Origin: a virus
Direction: 5' to 3' (one strand)
Length of the DNA stretch: 64,000 bases
IMG/VR virus record: IMGVR_UViG_3300006224_000008
Span: 9,571-73,570 of that record
Shown here piece after piece: positions 19,190 to 29,500 of the stretch. Position numbers and translations under genes: made by a program. Every line of letters starts with the position of its first letter. Position 1 is the first letter of the stretch. Under the pieces are notes generated by a model, which was given only the letters and a program-made list of their open reading frames with translations, made no database searches and was not told where the DNA came from.

Positions 19190-19693
19190 CTATGTTTTTT
19201 TGAAGGCTATCATTCCGTCGCGTTTCTCCGCGAGTTCATGGGGCAGGCCGTCGAAGAATGATTTTGGTTCCGGGTAATCCGAGTGATTGTAATCGTGAAA
19301 CGCCAGGATTCCCCCAATGCTGACGTGAGGCCACATTACCTCGTAACACCTGACCGTGGTGTCAAGCCTGTGATTGTGATCGATAAATGCGAAAGCAATC
19401 GGACCATGGGGCCAAGTTTTGAGCGTATCCATGATGTCACCCTTAACCGTATCCACCAACACTCCTTTCCCGATGAAAGGTGAGACGTTCTCCTTCCACT
19501 CGTCGAATGCATGGAAGAGGTCCAGGCAATGCACTGCCTTCTGGGTAGTGTTCGCGGCCAGGATCGTCGCGGTGGACAGGCCAAGATGGCAACCGACCTC
19601 CAATAGGCATCCCGGGACTGTTAAAACCGATTGTACCAGCCGCGTCAGCGACTGCGCATCGGCTTCACAGATGAGGCCGGGTATGTCTAACAT
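19190..19693 (-). CDS. Class I SAM methyltransferase
   Basis: LEVGCHLGLST, AFIDHNH and GGILAFHDY. Start at 19693 overlaps the upstream stop. Confidence 0.8.
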   Translation of the reverse strand: MLDIPGLICEADAQSLTRLVQSVLTVPGCLLEVGCHLGLSTATILAANTTQKAVHCLDLFHAFDEWKENVSPFIGKGVLVDTVKGDIMDTLKTWPHGPIAFAFIDHNHRLDTTVRCYEVMWPHVSIGGILAFHDYNHSDYPEPKSFFDGLPHELAEKRDGMIAFKKT

Positions 19694-20613
19694 CCGTACT
19701 CCTTCCGCATCCACGCCGCGGTCTTAGCCATTCCCTCCTCCAGGCTCACAGTGACCTTGTGATCGAGATCCTGCACTGCAAGTGAAGTATCGGCCTGTTT
19801 GCGAGCTGCCGTCATGGCCTCCGGCAGGTCGCGGAAAAAGACCGGCACACTGACGCCCATGGCGACCTGGGCTGCTTCAGCCAGTTCCTCGATGTTGTGC
19901 TCCTTATCGCCCGCGATGTTGTAGACCGCCCAGGGCTTGAAATTGTCGATGATATTAGCCAGCGTCCGGACACAGTCCGAGACGTAGGTGGAGGTCCGCT
20001 TATGGCCTCTGTACACGGTCAATGGAAGTCCCGTCATTGCGCGGTACAGGAACTGGCAGTTGACTGACCGATAGGGACTGTAGTGTTCCCCCGGCCCATA
20101 GGTGTTAAAAAGCCTCACGACGACAATCTCGGAGCCATACATCCCCGCGTTCGCGCATTGCTGCTCATTGACCCACTTTGTCATGGCGTAGTCGTTGAGC
20201 AGGCGCGCCGGAACGAGATGCTCCTGAAGCGTTCCAGACGTGTCCCCGTAGACCTCCGATGAAGAAAAGTGAATCAACTGGAACGATTCGCGCTGTGCGA
20301 ACCTGAGAATGTGCTTTGTCCCGATGCAGTTAGTCCGCCACAGATTCTCGTAGAAGTCTTCGCCGTTCCAGCGCCCGAATTCTGCGGCCAAGTGGTAAAC
20401 AAAATCCGGTTTACTCCAGCCAACGACCCGCTCGACGTGACGGTAATCACCAACGTCGCACCGCATGTAATGCCCAGCCGTTGGGAAATGGTCGCCAGTT
20501 TCGTCTTCATTGTGGGAAATGTCGCAGCCAAAAACTTCGTGGCCGCGCTGCTCCAACTCGGGCACTAGGGCGCTCCCGATGGTTCCAAGTGATCCGGTAA
20601 CGAGTATTCTCAT
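19687..20613 (-). CDS. NAD-dependent nucleotide-sugar epimerase/dehydratase (extended SDR)
   Basis: ILVTGSLGTIG, HLAAE, SSSEVYG, YAMTK and RLFNTYGPG. Confidence 0.92.
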   Translation of the reverse strand: MRILVTGSLGTIGSALVPELEQRGHEVFGCDISHNEDETGDHFPTAGHYMRCDVGDYRHVERVVGWSKPDFVYHLAAEFGRWNGEDFYENLWRTNCIGTKHILRFAQRESFQLIHFSSSEVYGDTSGTLQEHLVPARLLNDYAMTKWVNEQQCANAGMYGSEIVVVRLFNTYGPGEHYSPYRSVNCQFLYRAMTGLPLTVYRGHKRTSTYVSDCVRTLANIIDNFKPWAVYNIAGDKEHNIEELAEAAQVAMGVSVPVFFRDLPEAMTAARKQADTSLAVQDLDHKVTVSLEEGMAKTAAWMRKEYGC

Positions 20614-21083
20614 GTGATAGTGACCTCCAGAACGTTGCTCAGGTAAGAAGTGTGCGGCAGCAAAGTGCGGAAGTGCCGCTGGTGCTTAACGCGTTTCAAA
20701 AGCGGCTGCCAGTAGTCCCTCTCCGTGTCGTGTGCGACGATGCAGCAAGGTTTGTTCAGAAACATCTCCGCGCAGGCCACGCGGTCTTGTCCGAGATAAC
20801 AGTCAATGAAAACGACGTCCCAATCGTCTTTGACCATCGCTGCCGCCCCAGCGACCATGTTGGACACGAGCCGCAGCTTATTGCCCGCGACTGGCCAGAG
20901 TGTCTCAACCCATGACCTGTCGGTCTCCAGCGTTACCACTGATGGGGAAATCGCGTGGAGCAGAGGAGTCGAGTAACCACCGGCACCAAGTTCAAGTACG
21001 CGAGGCCCAAACTTCATTACGGCCAGAGCCAATGCTGGCATGTGCGACGCGCAGGCTTCGCAAATGGTGAGGGATGTGTTCAA
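20610..21083 (-). CDS. Methyltransferase-fold protein
   Basis: VLELGAGGYST, VFIDC and VAHDTE. Confidence 0.7.
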   Translation of the reverse strand: MNTSLTICEACASHMPALALAVMKFGPRVLELGAGGYSTPLLHAISPSVVTLETDRSWVETLWPVAGNKLRLVSNMVAGAAAMVKDDWDVVFIDCYLGQDRVACAEMFLNKPCCIVAHDTERDYWQPLLKRVKHQRHFRTLLPHTSYLSNVLEVTIT

Positions 21084-21775
21084 GGGACCTTCCTCCGGAT
21101 TAAGGGCTGCATGCGTCTGACTTCATCGACACGCACCTGTAAAGGCAGGCTCGGCCAATGACAGACGAAATCGCCGGGCATCCACTGGCCCCGGTGACCG
21201 AAGTAGTCCAGTCCCTTTCGGGGCTCATTTCTGGTCGGATACATTTTAGCGAAGAAATGGTACTCATAGGAGTTGAGCATCCACTGGGGCAGGATTTTCA
21301 CGGTGCCTTGGTAGTTCCCAAGCGTGTCAATCATGGCGGCATTTTCGACCCATCTGTTGTCCTTGTACTTCGGATACAGGGCGAGCAGATCGTTCAGCCA
21401 GCCGATCCCCTGTGGCGTCGCCCGGACAAGAAACGAATCGGCCTGGATCGGCGCGCACCAATCGGCCGCCGCGACAACGTGGCAGTCGTCGTAGGTTCGG
21501 TCCTCCAGCCGAATGCCAAAGTTGGTAATGAGAACATCGGCCCCGGAGCACCACGCCCAATCCCACTCGCCGGAAACCAGGAGGTCCCGCAGAAACTTCA
21601 GCCGGTCCCAGGAAACCGGATGTGCAGCGGGCATCGCCCAGCCATCGGTCTTAACCTTCAGCGTGTATCCGTGCGCGGCGCAGTATTCCGCCCGATTCCC
21701 GTAAATCGTCAGCTTCGCCAACGCTGCGAACGATGGCAGATGCGCTGCAACACAGACAATTCGTTGACTGGTCAT
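21080..21775 (-). CDS. GT34 (GMA12/MNN10)-like glycosyltransferase
   Basis: YCAAHGY, WAWCSGADVLITN, WVENAAM, LNSY and GDFVCHWP. Confidence 0.75.
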   Translation of the reverse strand: MTSQRIVCVAAHLPSFAALAKLTIYGNRAEYCAAHGYTLKVKTDGWAMPAAHPVSWDRLKFLRDLLVSGEWDWAWCSGADVLITNFGIRLEDRTYDDCHVVAAADWCAPIQADSFLVRATPQGIGWLNDLLALYPKYKDNRWVENAAMIDTLGNYQGTVKILPQWMLNSYEYHFFAKMYPTRNEPRKGLDYFGHRGQWMPGDFVCHWPSLPLQVRVDEVRRMQPLIRRKVP

Positions 21776-22296
21776 GTTGGGGTCGAGGTATTCTGAGTAA
21801 CAGAGTCGGAGGGGGTCCCAACTACAGCCTCAACCCTAACAAAGTCGAGCGGGACCTCATAGAATTCTCGTTCGCGGTGTTTCGCGGTATCCAGTTTTCT
21901 CACGCGGACCCAGTGTTTGAAGGTCGAACAATAGACCACGAATGCGACGGTCATCTCTCGATTGAGGATGATGTACGCGTAGGGTTTTGGTCTGGCCCGG
22001 TCATAGGCGTGACAGACGTCTACAATGAGGGTCCTAAAAGGAAAATCCTCCTTGCAGGTGAAGGTTAGACGGGGCCGGTGCTTTACCTCTACGCGTTGCA
22101 TGATCTCCAGGTCGCCACTATCCCCATACTCCCCCATCTGAGCGACATCTGGCCGTTCGAAAGTTGGCCGGATGACCACCGGGTACCCGCGGTCGGAGAG
22201 CCATGCCGCAGCGACGCGAACTGCAATCTTGCTCGCTCGAAGGTCCGAAATAAAGTTTGGATCATCCGCGTAATTGCTTATCAGTGGTAACTGCAT
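21772..22296 (-). CDS. Putative PD-(D/E)XK nuclease-fold protein
   Basis: DSGDL..RVEVKH motif. Confidence 0.55.
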   Translation of the reverse strand: MQLPLISNYADDPNFISDLRASKIAVRVAAAWLSDRGYPVVIRPTFERPDVAQMGEYGDSGDLEIMQRVEVKHRPRLTFTCKEDFPFRTLIVDVCHAYDRARPKPYAYIILNREMTVAFVVYCSTFKHWVRVRKLDTAKHREREFYEVPLDFVRVEAVVGTPSDSVTQNTSTPT

Positions 22297-22333
22297 TAGT
22301 GGACCGCGTGGGATTGTCGAATGCGCAGAGGCT

Positions 22334-22570
22334 TCACGACTGGTTAGCGGAATTGGACGGAGTCGGTGGATTCAGGGCGTCGTTGATCAGCTTAGCGACC
22401 TCGTCTTTGCTGCCCTGGACAGTGCGTTCGGTTCCATCGCGCATGCCGATGAGACAACGGTCTCCGTAGGTGGTGTCATCATCATAGATGCTGCTGATTT
22501 GGGTGGGGTCAACCCAGATGGTCCGACCGCGATACACGTGGTCATTTGGCTGTGTGAATTTGAGTAGCAT
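22334..22570 (-). CDS. Small hypothetical protein (FlbD-like pattern)
   Basis: IWVDPTQISSI..VQGSKDEVAKLIN. Confidence 0.5.
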   Translation of the reverse strand: MLLKFTQPNDHVYRGRTIWVDPTQISSIYDDDTTYGDRCLIGMRDGTERTVQGSKDEVAKLINDALNPPTPSNSANQS

Positions 22571-22582
22571 AGTTGTGTTTCC

Positions 22583-22834
22583 TTATTTCAGAAGTGCCAG
22601 CAGTTCCAAGAGTTGTGGTAATTCTGTGACAGGTTTTATGTCCTTTGGATTGTCCGAAAATCCATCGCAGAAATCCAACCACACGGGGTCGAAATTTAAC
22701 GGCCACATGAACCATCCATGCTCGATGCCGTGGCGACTGCCCGTCACGTTCGCCGCGTGATTGTTGCACCTTGAGTGAGCATCGCCAGGAATGTCTAAGC
22801 GGTGAACGCACCTATAGCAGATGATATCTTTCAT
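22583..22834 (-). CDS. Cys-rich phage hypothetical protein
   Basis: CYRC..PGDAHSRC..GWFMWPLNFDPVWL..CDGF. ATGA-coupled to the upstream gene. Confidence 0.65.
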   Translation of the reverse strand: MKDIICYRCVHRLDIPGDAHSRCNNHAANVTGSRHGIEHGWFMWPLNFDPVWLDFCDGFSDNPKDIKPVTELPQLLELLALLK

Positions 22835-23406
22835 GTCTCCTTAACAAAAAGTAACTGGTATCCCTCCGCGACAAGCTTCCAGCCGCGTCCCAACAGGAAC
22901 AACTTTGACAGGGCGGTCTTGCCGCCGTGAGGGGGGAAACAATCATCCATGAGGATCGCGCACGGCCTCCGCAGCAGGCAATAGACAGCCCCCACTTCCG
23001 CCAACTGATGCAACTGCGAGGGAAGCCAGTTGCCCTCTTCGTAGTCGTAAGAATCCAGGTAAACGAAATCGATATGGTCAAGGCATCTAACCGTTTCGAC
23101 GCTGTCTCCGGGAACCAGCCAGACATCCTTGTCTCTCGCCAGTCCAAACTTCGCGAGATGCGTAACCGCCTGTTCAATGTGGTTCGGGTTCAATTCAAAG
23201 CTGCTGAACTTCGCGCCGATGTGCCGTGCCAGTTTCGCCAGGATGATCGTGCTTTGGCCATCCTGCGGAATGCCCCGGTAACAGCCGGTCTCGGCCAGAT
23301 ACTTGCATTCGTTGGCCATAATCCACTCAGCGGCAGCGCGGAAAGTCTTTGCCCGAAGCCCGCCCGCCAACTGCTCGATCTCTTTCAGCAAGGGTTCGTC
23401 GATCAT
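22831..23406 (-). CDS. Class I SAM methyltransferase
   Basis: LAETGC, GDSV, FVYLDSYD and ILMDD. Start at 23406 via ATGA overlap. Confidence 0.75.
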   Translation of the reverse strand: MIDEPLLKEIEQLAGGLRAKTFRAAAEWIMANECKYLAETGCYRGIPQDGQSTIILAKLARHIGAKFSSFELNPNHIEQAVTHLAKFGLARDKDVWLVPGDSVETVRCLDHIDFVYLDSYDYEEGNWLPSQLHQLAEVGAVYCLLRRPCAILMDDCFPPHGGKTALSKLFLLGRGWKLVAEGYQLLFVKET

Positions 23407-25736
23407 ATCGTTAAGATTGGGGTGAATTTGAGGCTGGGCAGATGTTTCTGAGCCCATTCGTAGAAGAGTTTCCGGTTGTGTTTCTGGCTGGGCGCGCTGT
23501 CGGTGTTCTCCGGCCTGTTCCAAAACGGCATGTGGAATTGATGCGAAACGAAACCCTTCGGAAGCTCGCACGGCCAGAGTACTTCGCCCAGGTTTAGCCG
23601 GTCTGACTGGATGCCTTTTTCGACGCGGATCATGGCGGCAAGGCACAGGTCGAACTCGGATGCGCCCAGGATAAAATCAGGGATGTCCCCCCAGTGATGC
23701 AGCAACCATGCTTTCGTGAAGGCAAAGAGGTCTCGGCCTATGTGTTTTAGGCTGGATGCAGCGGCAATTACGTGCGGATCGGATGCCTGTGATGGGACCG
23801 GACAGTTCTGGAACTCGCATCGATGCGAACTGACGGCGTCGTAAATGGAGACGTAGAACCTGAGCAGTTCCGGCAGCAAGGCATGGAGATGGTTGTCGTC
23901 ATTCGTCCACATGATGATGTCCGAGGGTTCCGCCTTTAGCATGGCCGCCCAGAGGACGTCTTTCAGGTAAGGCAGTCTGCGCCGGTCGCCAATGCGCCTC
24001 GCGTCACGGGGGTATTGTGAGAAGTGGCAAGGAACGACGGCCTTATCGTAGAGCACTTTCCAGGTCTGCTGGGCTGCGGCTTTCCGCTTGCGTTCGGCGT
24101 CGTTGCCAGCCTCGTGGCGTTCTACTGCATGGAAAATTCTCCGAGTTGGCGGGGATGCCAGCGGCGGATGCGGGATTTGCCGTCTCGCGACTGCGCGGTC
24201 CATCAGTAGCTTAAGGCCGGGTCGTAATTCCCGCGCAATATCCTTGCCCACTGAGTCATAGTCGGTGATGGCAGCGTACGGAGCACACGGGCGCGGCGCC
24301 GTTCCCAACCAGGGTTTCGAGTTTCGAATCACGATGGTCGGCACGCCGCAGGCTGTCGCAAAATGGATGGGCGCCGTGTCGATTGACACCACTCCGGCGG
24401 CGCGGTCCATCAGACCCAGCAAATCGTAGATGCGATGCAGTTTCAACGCGGAGATGTCGAGAACGCCCAACCGCCCGGATACTTCTTGCCGAATCCATTG
24501 GAGAACTTTTGCACCATGAGGCCACGGCGACGAGTGGCTCGTCATGACGTTGACGAGTAGTGTGTTCGGCCCGACGCGCAGCTTGGCGGCTGCCGTCTGC
24601 TCGCGCTCAGTGTTACGCTGGTCGAATATCGGTGCCCAGGTCGGATCGTCAAACTTGTGCAGGAACCCAAGCAAGCGCCAGCTCTCACGATTGAAAGCAT
24701 CACACTGTCGCGGCATTTCGAACCGAGTGCCCCACACCTGCCCTTGAAGGACAAAACCGAAGTTCTGCCGCCCGATGGCGAGCGCATCGTTAATCTGGTC
24801 ATGCGTCAGGTCCACCGGGTAAGGTTCGACGTAGGAGACACCATCCAGAATGTCGGCGAACTGCTTGCTAACCACGAGATAAGGTTTTGCGTAGCGTTCG
24901 CAGACGTGCCTGCAAATCGGGAGGATGTTGACGATGTCGCCATAACGGCCAAGCTCCACGATGCATACCGAAGTCTTGAGTGGCGCATCCGGAAGCGTTG
25001 ATGTGAACTGCTTGGATTTGTTCGCCCAGTTGACATCGAAGTGCGGCTTCAGCACGTTCACGCCGGTCTTCACCAGACGCGCATTGATGCGGCGCTGCAA
25101 GTCCTTCGCAATCCGCTCGTGGCTGGTCTCCCTGCCCGGTTTGTCGTCTCCTTCGCCGCTCATGTGGTACACGCCATTGGCCCACCGGTAAACAAATGAG
25201 ATTCGGTCACGCGGAATGTTGATACGCTCGCCCTTGCATTGCTCCGTTACTTTCGCGATGAAGGCGCGGTCCTCTCCACAACCCATGTGCGGGTATCCGC
25301 CAACTTTCACCCAGGCGCTCTTCTTGAAGCTGAACAACGGGCAGGATCCGGGCGAGATTTCCACGATGTCAGTGCCCCGGGCGGAGAACTGTTTGTCGAT
25401 CCAAATCCATTCGTTGTCCTTAAAGACGTTCCCGATGTTTTCCAGATGATGCGGCAGGTAAACGTCGTCGTCATCCCAAGTGACGATCACTGAATCCGGT
25501 AAAGCCTGAGTAATGGCGTAGTTCCGCGCTTCGCCAAGGGATGCAGGCCGCGTCTTGCAGTTGATGATCCGGACGTTCTGAAACTCGCCTTGCAGGATCT
25601 GCCCGGGGAATGTGTTGTAGACGATGAGTTCATGCGCAGCCGGGTACTGCTGCGTGTTGAAACAGGCGAGGGCGACCTCCAACTGTTTGACTCGCCCAAA
25701 TGTGCAGCAGATCGCGGTTATGCGCGGCAATGTCAT
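23403..25736 (-). CDS. Multidomain glycosyltransferase (GT2 + GT9-like + C-terminal GT-like)
   Basis: N-terminal WDDDD and GEDRAF (GT2). Central GRYGDIVNILP and SIDTAPIHFA (GT9). C-terminal LPYLKD..TNDD. Confidence 0.8.
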   Translation of the reverse strand: MTLPRITAICCTFGRVKQLEVALACFNTQQYPAAHELIVYNTFPGQILQGEFQNVRIINCKTRPASLGEARNYAITQALPDSVIVTWDDDDVYLPHHLENIGNVFKDNEWIWIDKQFSARGTDIVEISPGSCPLFSFKKSAWVKVGGYPHMGCGEDRAFIAKVTEQCKGERINIPRDRISFVYRWANGVYHMSGEGDDKPGRETSHERIAKDLQRRINARLVKTGVNVLKPHFDVNWANKSKQFTSTLPDAPLKTSVCIVELGRYGDIVNILPICRHVCERYAKPYLVVSKQFADILDGVSYVEPYPVDLTHDQINDALAIGRQNFGFVLQGQVWGTRFEMPRQCDAFNRESWRLLGFLHKFDDPTWAPIFDQRNTEREQTAAAKLRVGPNTLLVNVMTSHSSPWPHGAKVLQWIRQEVSGRLGVLDISALKLHRIYDLLGLMDRAAGVVSIDTAPIHFATACGVPTIVIRNSKPWLGTAPRPCAPYAAITDYDSVGKDIARELRPGLKLLMDRAVARRQIPHPPLASPPTRRIFHAVERHEAGNDAERKRKAAAQQTWKVLYDKAVVPCHFSQYPRDARRIGDRRRLPYLKDVLWAAMLKAEPSDIIMWTNDDNHLHALLPELLRFYVSIYDAVSSHRCEFQNCPVPSQASDPHVIAAASSLKHIGRDLFAFTKAWLLHHWGDIPDFILGASEFDLCLAAMIRVEKGIQSDRLNLGEVLWPCELPKGFVSHQFHMPFWNRPENTDSAPSQKHNRKLFYEWAQKHLPSLKFTPILTI

Positions 25737-25759
25737 CGCTCAAAGGATTTCTGCTGGTG

Positions 25760-26160
25760 ATTCATGAATGGTACAACAGTTTGAAGACCACCTTCCGGCA
25801 CATCTCCGGACAGTACGCCCCGCAGAAACATTTAAGGGAGCGCGGACAGGGCTATCCTCACGCAGCGTTGACGTGGTTACCGAACCTAAACACGCCCAAA
25901 GCGGTTTACTTTTACCCCGTCCTTTCGGCGGGTTCAGACCGCCGCCGCTCCCCAAAGGATTGCCGTCCGCCGCGAGAGTCCGCTGTAAGGTTCGGCTTGC
26001 AGCCCTCCCAAGGGCGTGTCGCTCAGTAGTGCCCCCTCGCGCTTCTCCGTCCAACCGTTCCACGTTTTGGTGCGGATAGTCCGGCACAGGAACGGACGGC
26101 AACGATACTTTCCCCCCGCCGTTCTGCCACACGGCAGACGGAAAACCGGTGTTCATCCTG
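25760..26160 (-). ncRNA. Candidate large structured ncRNA (unclassified)
   Basis: A ~450-nt gap in an otherwise tightly coupled operon. It contains several complementary 8-10-nt segment pairs, a GAAA-loop hairpin and loop-loop pairings. Boundaries are approximate and the strand is assumed from the operon. Confidence 0.55.
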
Positions 26161-26192
26161 AGCATTGGATTCTGAAACATAAGCTCTCCGGC

Positions 26193-26468
26193 TTAACAGG
26201 GGGAAATTGATTCGTATAACACGGGTTTTCGTCCGGAGCGCTTAGCCAGTCCAAAAACGACCAATTCTTGCAAACGCCCGTTCCAAGCCGTGATCGATAC
26301 TTTGCGGTCGCTCCGCAACCAAAGTTCCGGCGCCGTGACCTTGCCTTTCGCGTGCTGCAAGGCCACCAGGGCTTGAAACTGTGGCGGGCTGAGTGTTTGC
26401 TTGCCCGAACCGCCGCACTTCGAGCAGTTGACCTCCGGAATGGCATTGTGACGGCTCACGGTTCTCAT
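26193..26468 (-). CDS. Zn-knuckle / winged-HTH protein
   Basis: CSKCGGSG followed by TAPELW..WNGRLQELVVFGLAKR. Confidence 0.6.
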   Translation of the reverse strand: MRTVSRHNAIPEVNCSKCGGSGKQTLSPPQFQALVALQHAKGKVTAPELWLRSDRKVSITAWNGRLQELVVFGLAKRSGRKPVLYESISPC

Positions 26469-26503
26469 CTAAGCAGGAAAGGTGAGAACTGTCCAGAACT
26501 ATT

Positions 26504-29500
26504 TTACACGCTGATCGTGACCTGTGAGCCCGCAATCACGTTCCCGTTGGTCCCGACAAAGCAGATGGACAGTGAGGACTCCGTGAGAATCAGCCGCAGC
26601 AGCGCGTTGTTGCTGACGGCGTACTCGACGGCTGGAGTGTACGCGCCGTTTATCGCGTAAAGATTGGAGGAGCCGCCGCCGCAGATGATCTGAGTGCAGC
26701 CGGTGACATCCGGCGTCCCGTCGCCAGCCCTTGCAGTATGGATTTGACTCGTGTGTTCATGGCCGCTGATCCACGCGATGGCCCCCTGGCTAACGGCTAA
26801 CTGCCAAAGTGAGTCAAACGTGGCATCATCGCCGTGAGTGGTCCCCGCCGACCAGCGCGGCATGTGGCCGACAAGCACGTACTGGTAACCGACTTCGGTG
26901 AGTTCGCTTGCGATCCAGTCGTACGCGGTGCCCCCGGGCTCGAACGTGTTTGGTTCGGAGTCAGTCTCCGCCGAGTTGAACACGATGAATTTCCAGATGC
27001 CGAACTTGGCAGTGTATCGGAAGTCCACGGGGTCAGTTACCAACACAGTAGCAGGGAAAGCACCACCATAGACCGCTGCGTATGAACCATCCCAAAAGGA
27101 CCGGGTCGCAGCTTGTTCGGCAGCACTTTCCCCAAGCCAATCGTGGTTTCCAGGTGCGTACAGAGTCTCTGCAACCAGCGCTGAAAACCCGAAATCCCAG
27201 AAGTTTTGCCAGTCTTCCTCGGGGTCCAGCAGAGCGGGGGTGCCCATGATGTCGCCCGGACAGATGAAACCATTCGCGACCGCTGGAACATGCGTGAGCA
27301 TGAGTTCAACAAGCGCTTCGTCAACCGTGCGCGCAGTGTCCGAGAAACCGTACAGGAGGTAGGGTTCTGCGGTTTCGGTTGTAAGGGTCAGGTCCCAACT
27401 GTCGATTGTCCCCGTGTTGAGCGTTGCGCGGTCAATGACCCATAGGGACCAAGCGCCATTCGGATCCAGCGGAGTGCCGACACATGCCGCTGCAAGATTT
27501 GGCAGGTAAGGCCCGGCTTCGAGTGGCGCCGGGAAATCCATCGCAACGCCGAAGTGCGTTGGGGCATAGGTGCCGGACGAGATCTCGGTCGCATCAGGAA
27601 GCGAGGCCCCGGCTTCATCGTCAAACACGAGGTCAACTCCGCTAACGGCGACGGCGCCGCCGCAGGATCGCATGAGTTCAACACGGCGCCCGTCAGGCGT
27701 GCGCAAGACGACCAGAACGTCATCCGGATAGGTGTGGGTGAAGCCGTTGATGGAGACGACAATCTTCGTGACGACCCCGGTCTCATCCTCAACGTATTTC
27801 GTGGTTGGGTAAGGCGTAGCTGCGGAGGCGGCGCCCGTCACGGCGTCATTGATCGTAATCTTCTGCGTGTTCGTGCTGAGTGTGCAGTCGAGGGCGGCTT
27901 GTGCTAGGGCCGTGGCTGCCGCCAATGCTGCATCATCGGCCTCCTGCTGAGAATTGTAACTTGTCGCAGTGGCGGAACGCGTCACGTTGGCGCCTGACTC
28001 GCCAATTGGACACTTTGCCGTATAGGACTGGGTTGATGTGTATACGAACTCGCAGTGTAGCAGCGCGTGCGCGGCAGCGAGAGCGGCATCGTAAGCTTTC
28101 GTATCCGCATCCGCCTGTGAAATGGTGCTGGTCGCAGTAGCGGTTGCAGTTGCCGTTTCCGTGACCGCGCCGGTCTCGGTCGATCCGAACAAGGCGATAT
28201 TCGAGAGCGTGAAGAAAATTCCCGTCGTGGTGACGTCGTAATTCGTGCCCTTCGTGAACCGAAACCGATAGTACAGATACGCCGTCGCGTTGATGAATTC
28301 GAAACGCTTTGTTCCGGCGTCCGACCATGGAAGGATGTTCGCACGCGAATCGAGTTGGGTGAAATTCGTCCCGTCGTTCGAACCTTCAAAGATCCACGAT
28401 TGAGGTACCGTCAACCGCGATCCGCAAGTGATTTCGTACGCATCAATGGTTTTCGCCGCTGCGAATTGGTATTTGACCCATGGATTGGCAGCGCCGTAAA
28501 CCGATGTCCCCCACTGGTAATCCAGGCTCTTGGTGCCCTTGAACGCATAGAATGCCGCCAAGGAAGCGGGCATTCCGGCAATGTAGGTCTGTTCCCACAG
28601 ACTGATTGCCGTCACGTCCGGGGAAGCGCTGACAACACCTGACGGGGCCGTGTTGCTCGTCATGGCGGGCACGAGATTCGTGGTATTCGGATTGGTGCTC
28701 CCGGTCGGGCAAGAGGCCGTCGCTGATTTCGTGCTCGTGTACGTTATTGTCGGCGGAGGCGGAGTAGTCCCGGATTCGATGTCGGGCAGTGGGCTGGGGT
28801 CCTCCGCCTGGATCGGCGGGGGCGTATCGAGGCAATCACCCCCATAGCAGTACGTGCCGATGATGTATCCGTAACCCGCAACCTCTGAAATCCAGACCGA
28901 AATGGTTCCCGTACCACACTTCGGCGGCACGTAGGTCAGATTCTCCGTGTCGAAATCGTCATCGATCAACGTGGTGAGGTTCGTGATGTCCTCAAATTTA
29001 ACCGAGTTCAGCAACAGGCCGACGCGGAGATCCGCGTCATCGGGAATGTCGAGTTGTTCGACCGACACATACACGTCATGGGCGCCCGCGGCTGTGAAAC
29101 TGTAAGCGAAATTCTGGAAATCCTGAGTGTAGTCATCAATGGTGACCGTCTGGCTGAGGAGGTAAATCGGCGTGTGCTCGGAGTCGTCATTCAAGTAGAA
29201 GACTCGGATGCGAGCCGTGTACGGAGTTGCATCGATGATTTGGTTACCAGCCAGTCCGACCGTGACACGGTACACGTGTCCCGCCGTCAGCGTGAATGCC
29301 GTTTTGGATTCGAGGCGCCCCTTGTTGTCGAGTGCCGGATCCTGTGTTCCGCTCACGAGGTCAACGTACAGACCGTTACCCGGGAGATAGTCAAAGAACC
29401 CATTGCCCTGGAGATCCACCGCCCCATTGACAACATCCCAGTTAGCGAAGGCCGTATAGTTCAGAACACCCTTGTACTGGTACTCGTCACCGTCAGGCCG

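Noticed and set aside
14699-25736. Host O-antigen or capsule locus marking a prophage boundary
   Set aside because: No flippase, polymerase or export genes. The cluster is translationally coupled and flanked by virion genes on both sides.
25740-26180. 146-aa ORF across the structured region
   Set aside because: No recognisable motifs and atypical composition. The dense base-pairing pattern explains the sequence better. Not formally excluded.
25760-26200. RNase P RNA, tmRNA or group I/II intron identity for the structured element
   Set aside because: Only fragments resemble these (CCGGCTTA, GATAGTCC). There is no GAGGAAAGTCC, no upstream P7 partner, no domain V and no tRNA-like ends.
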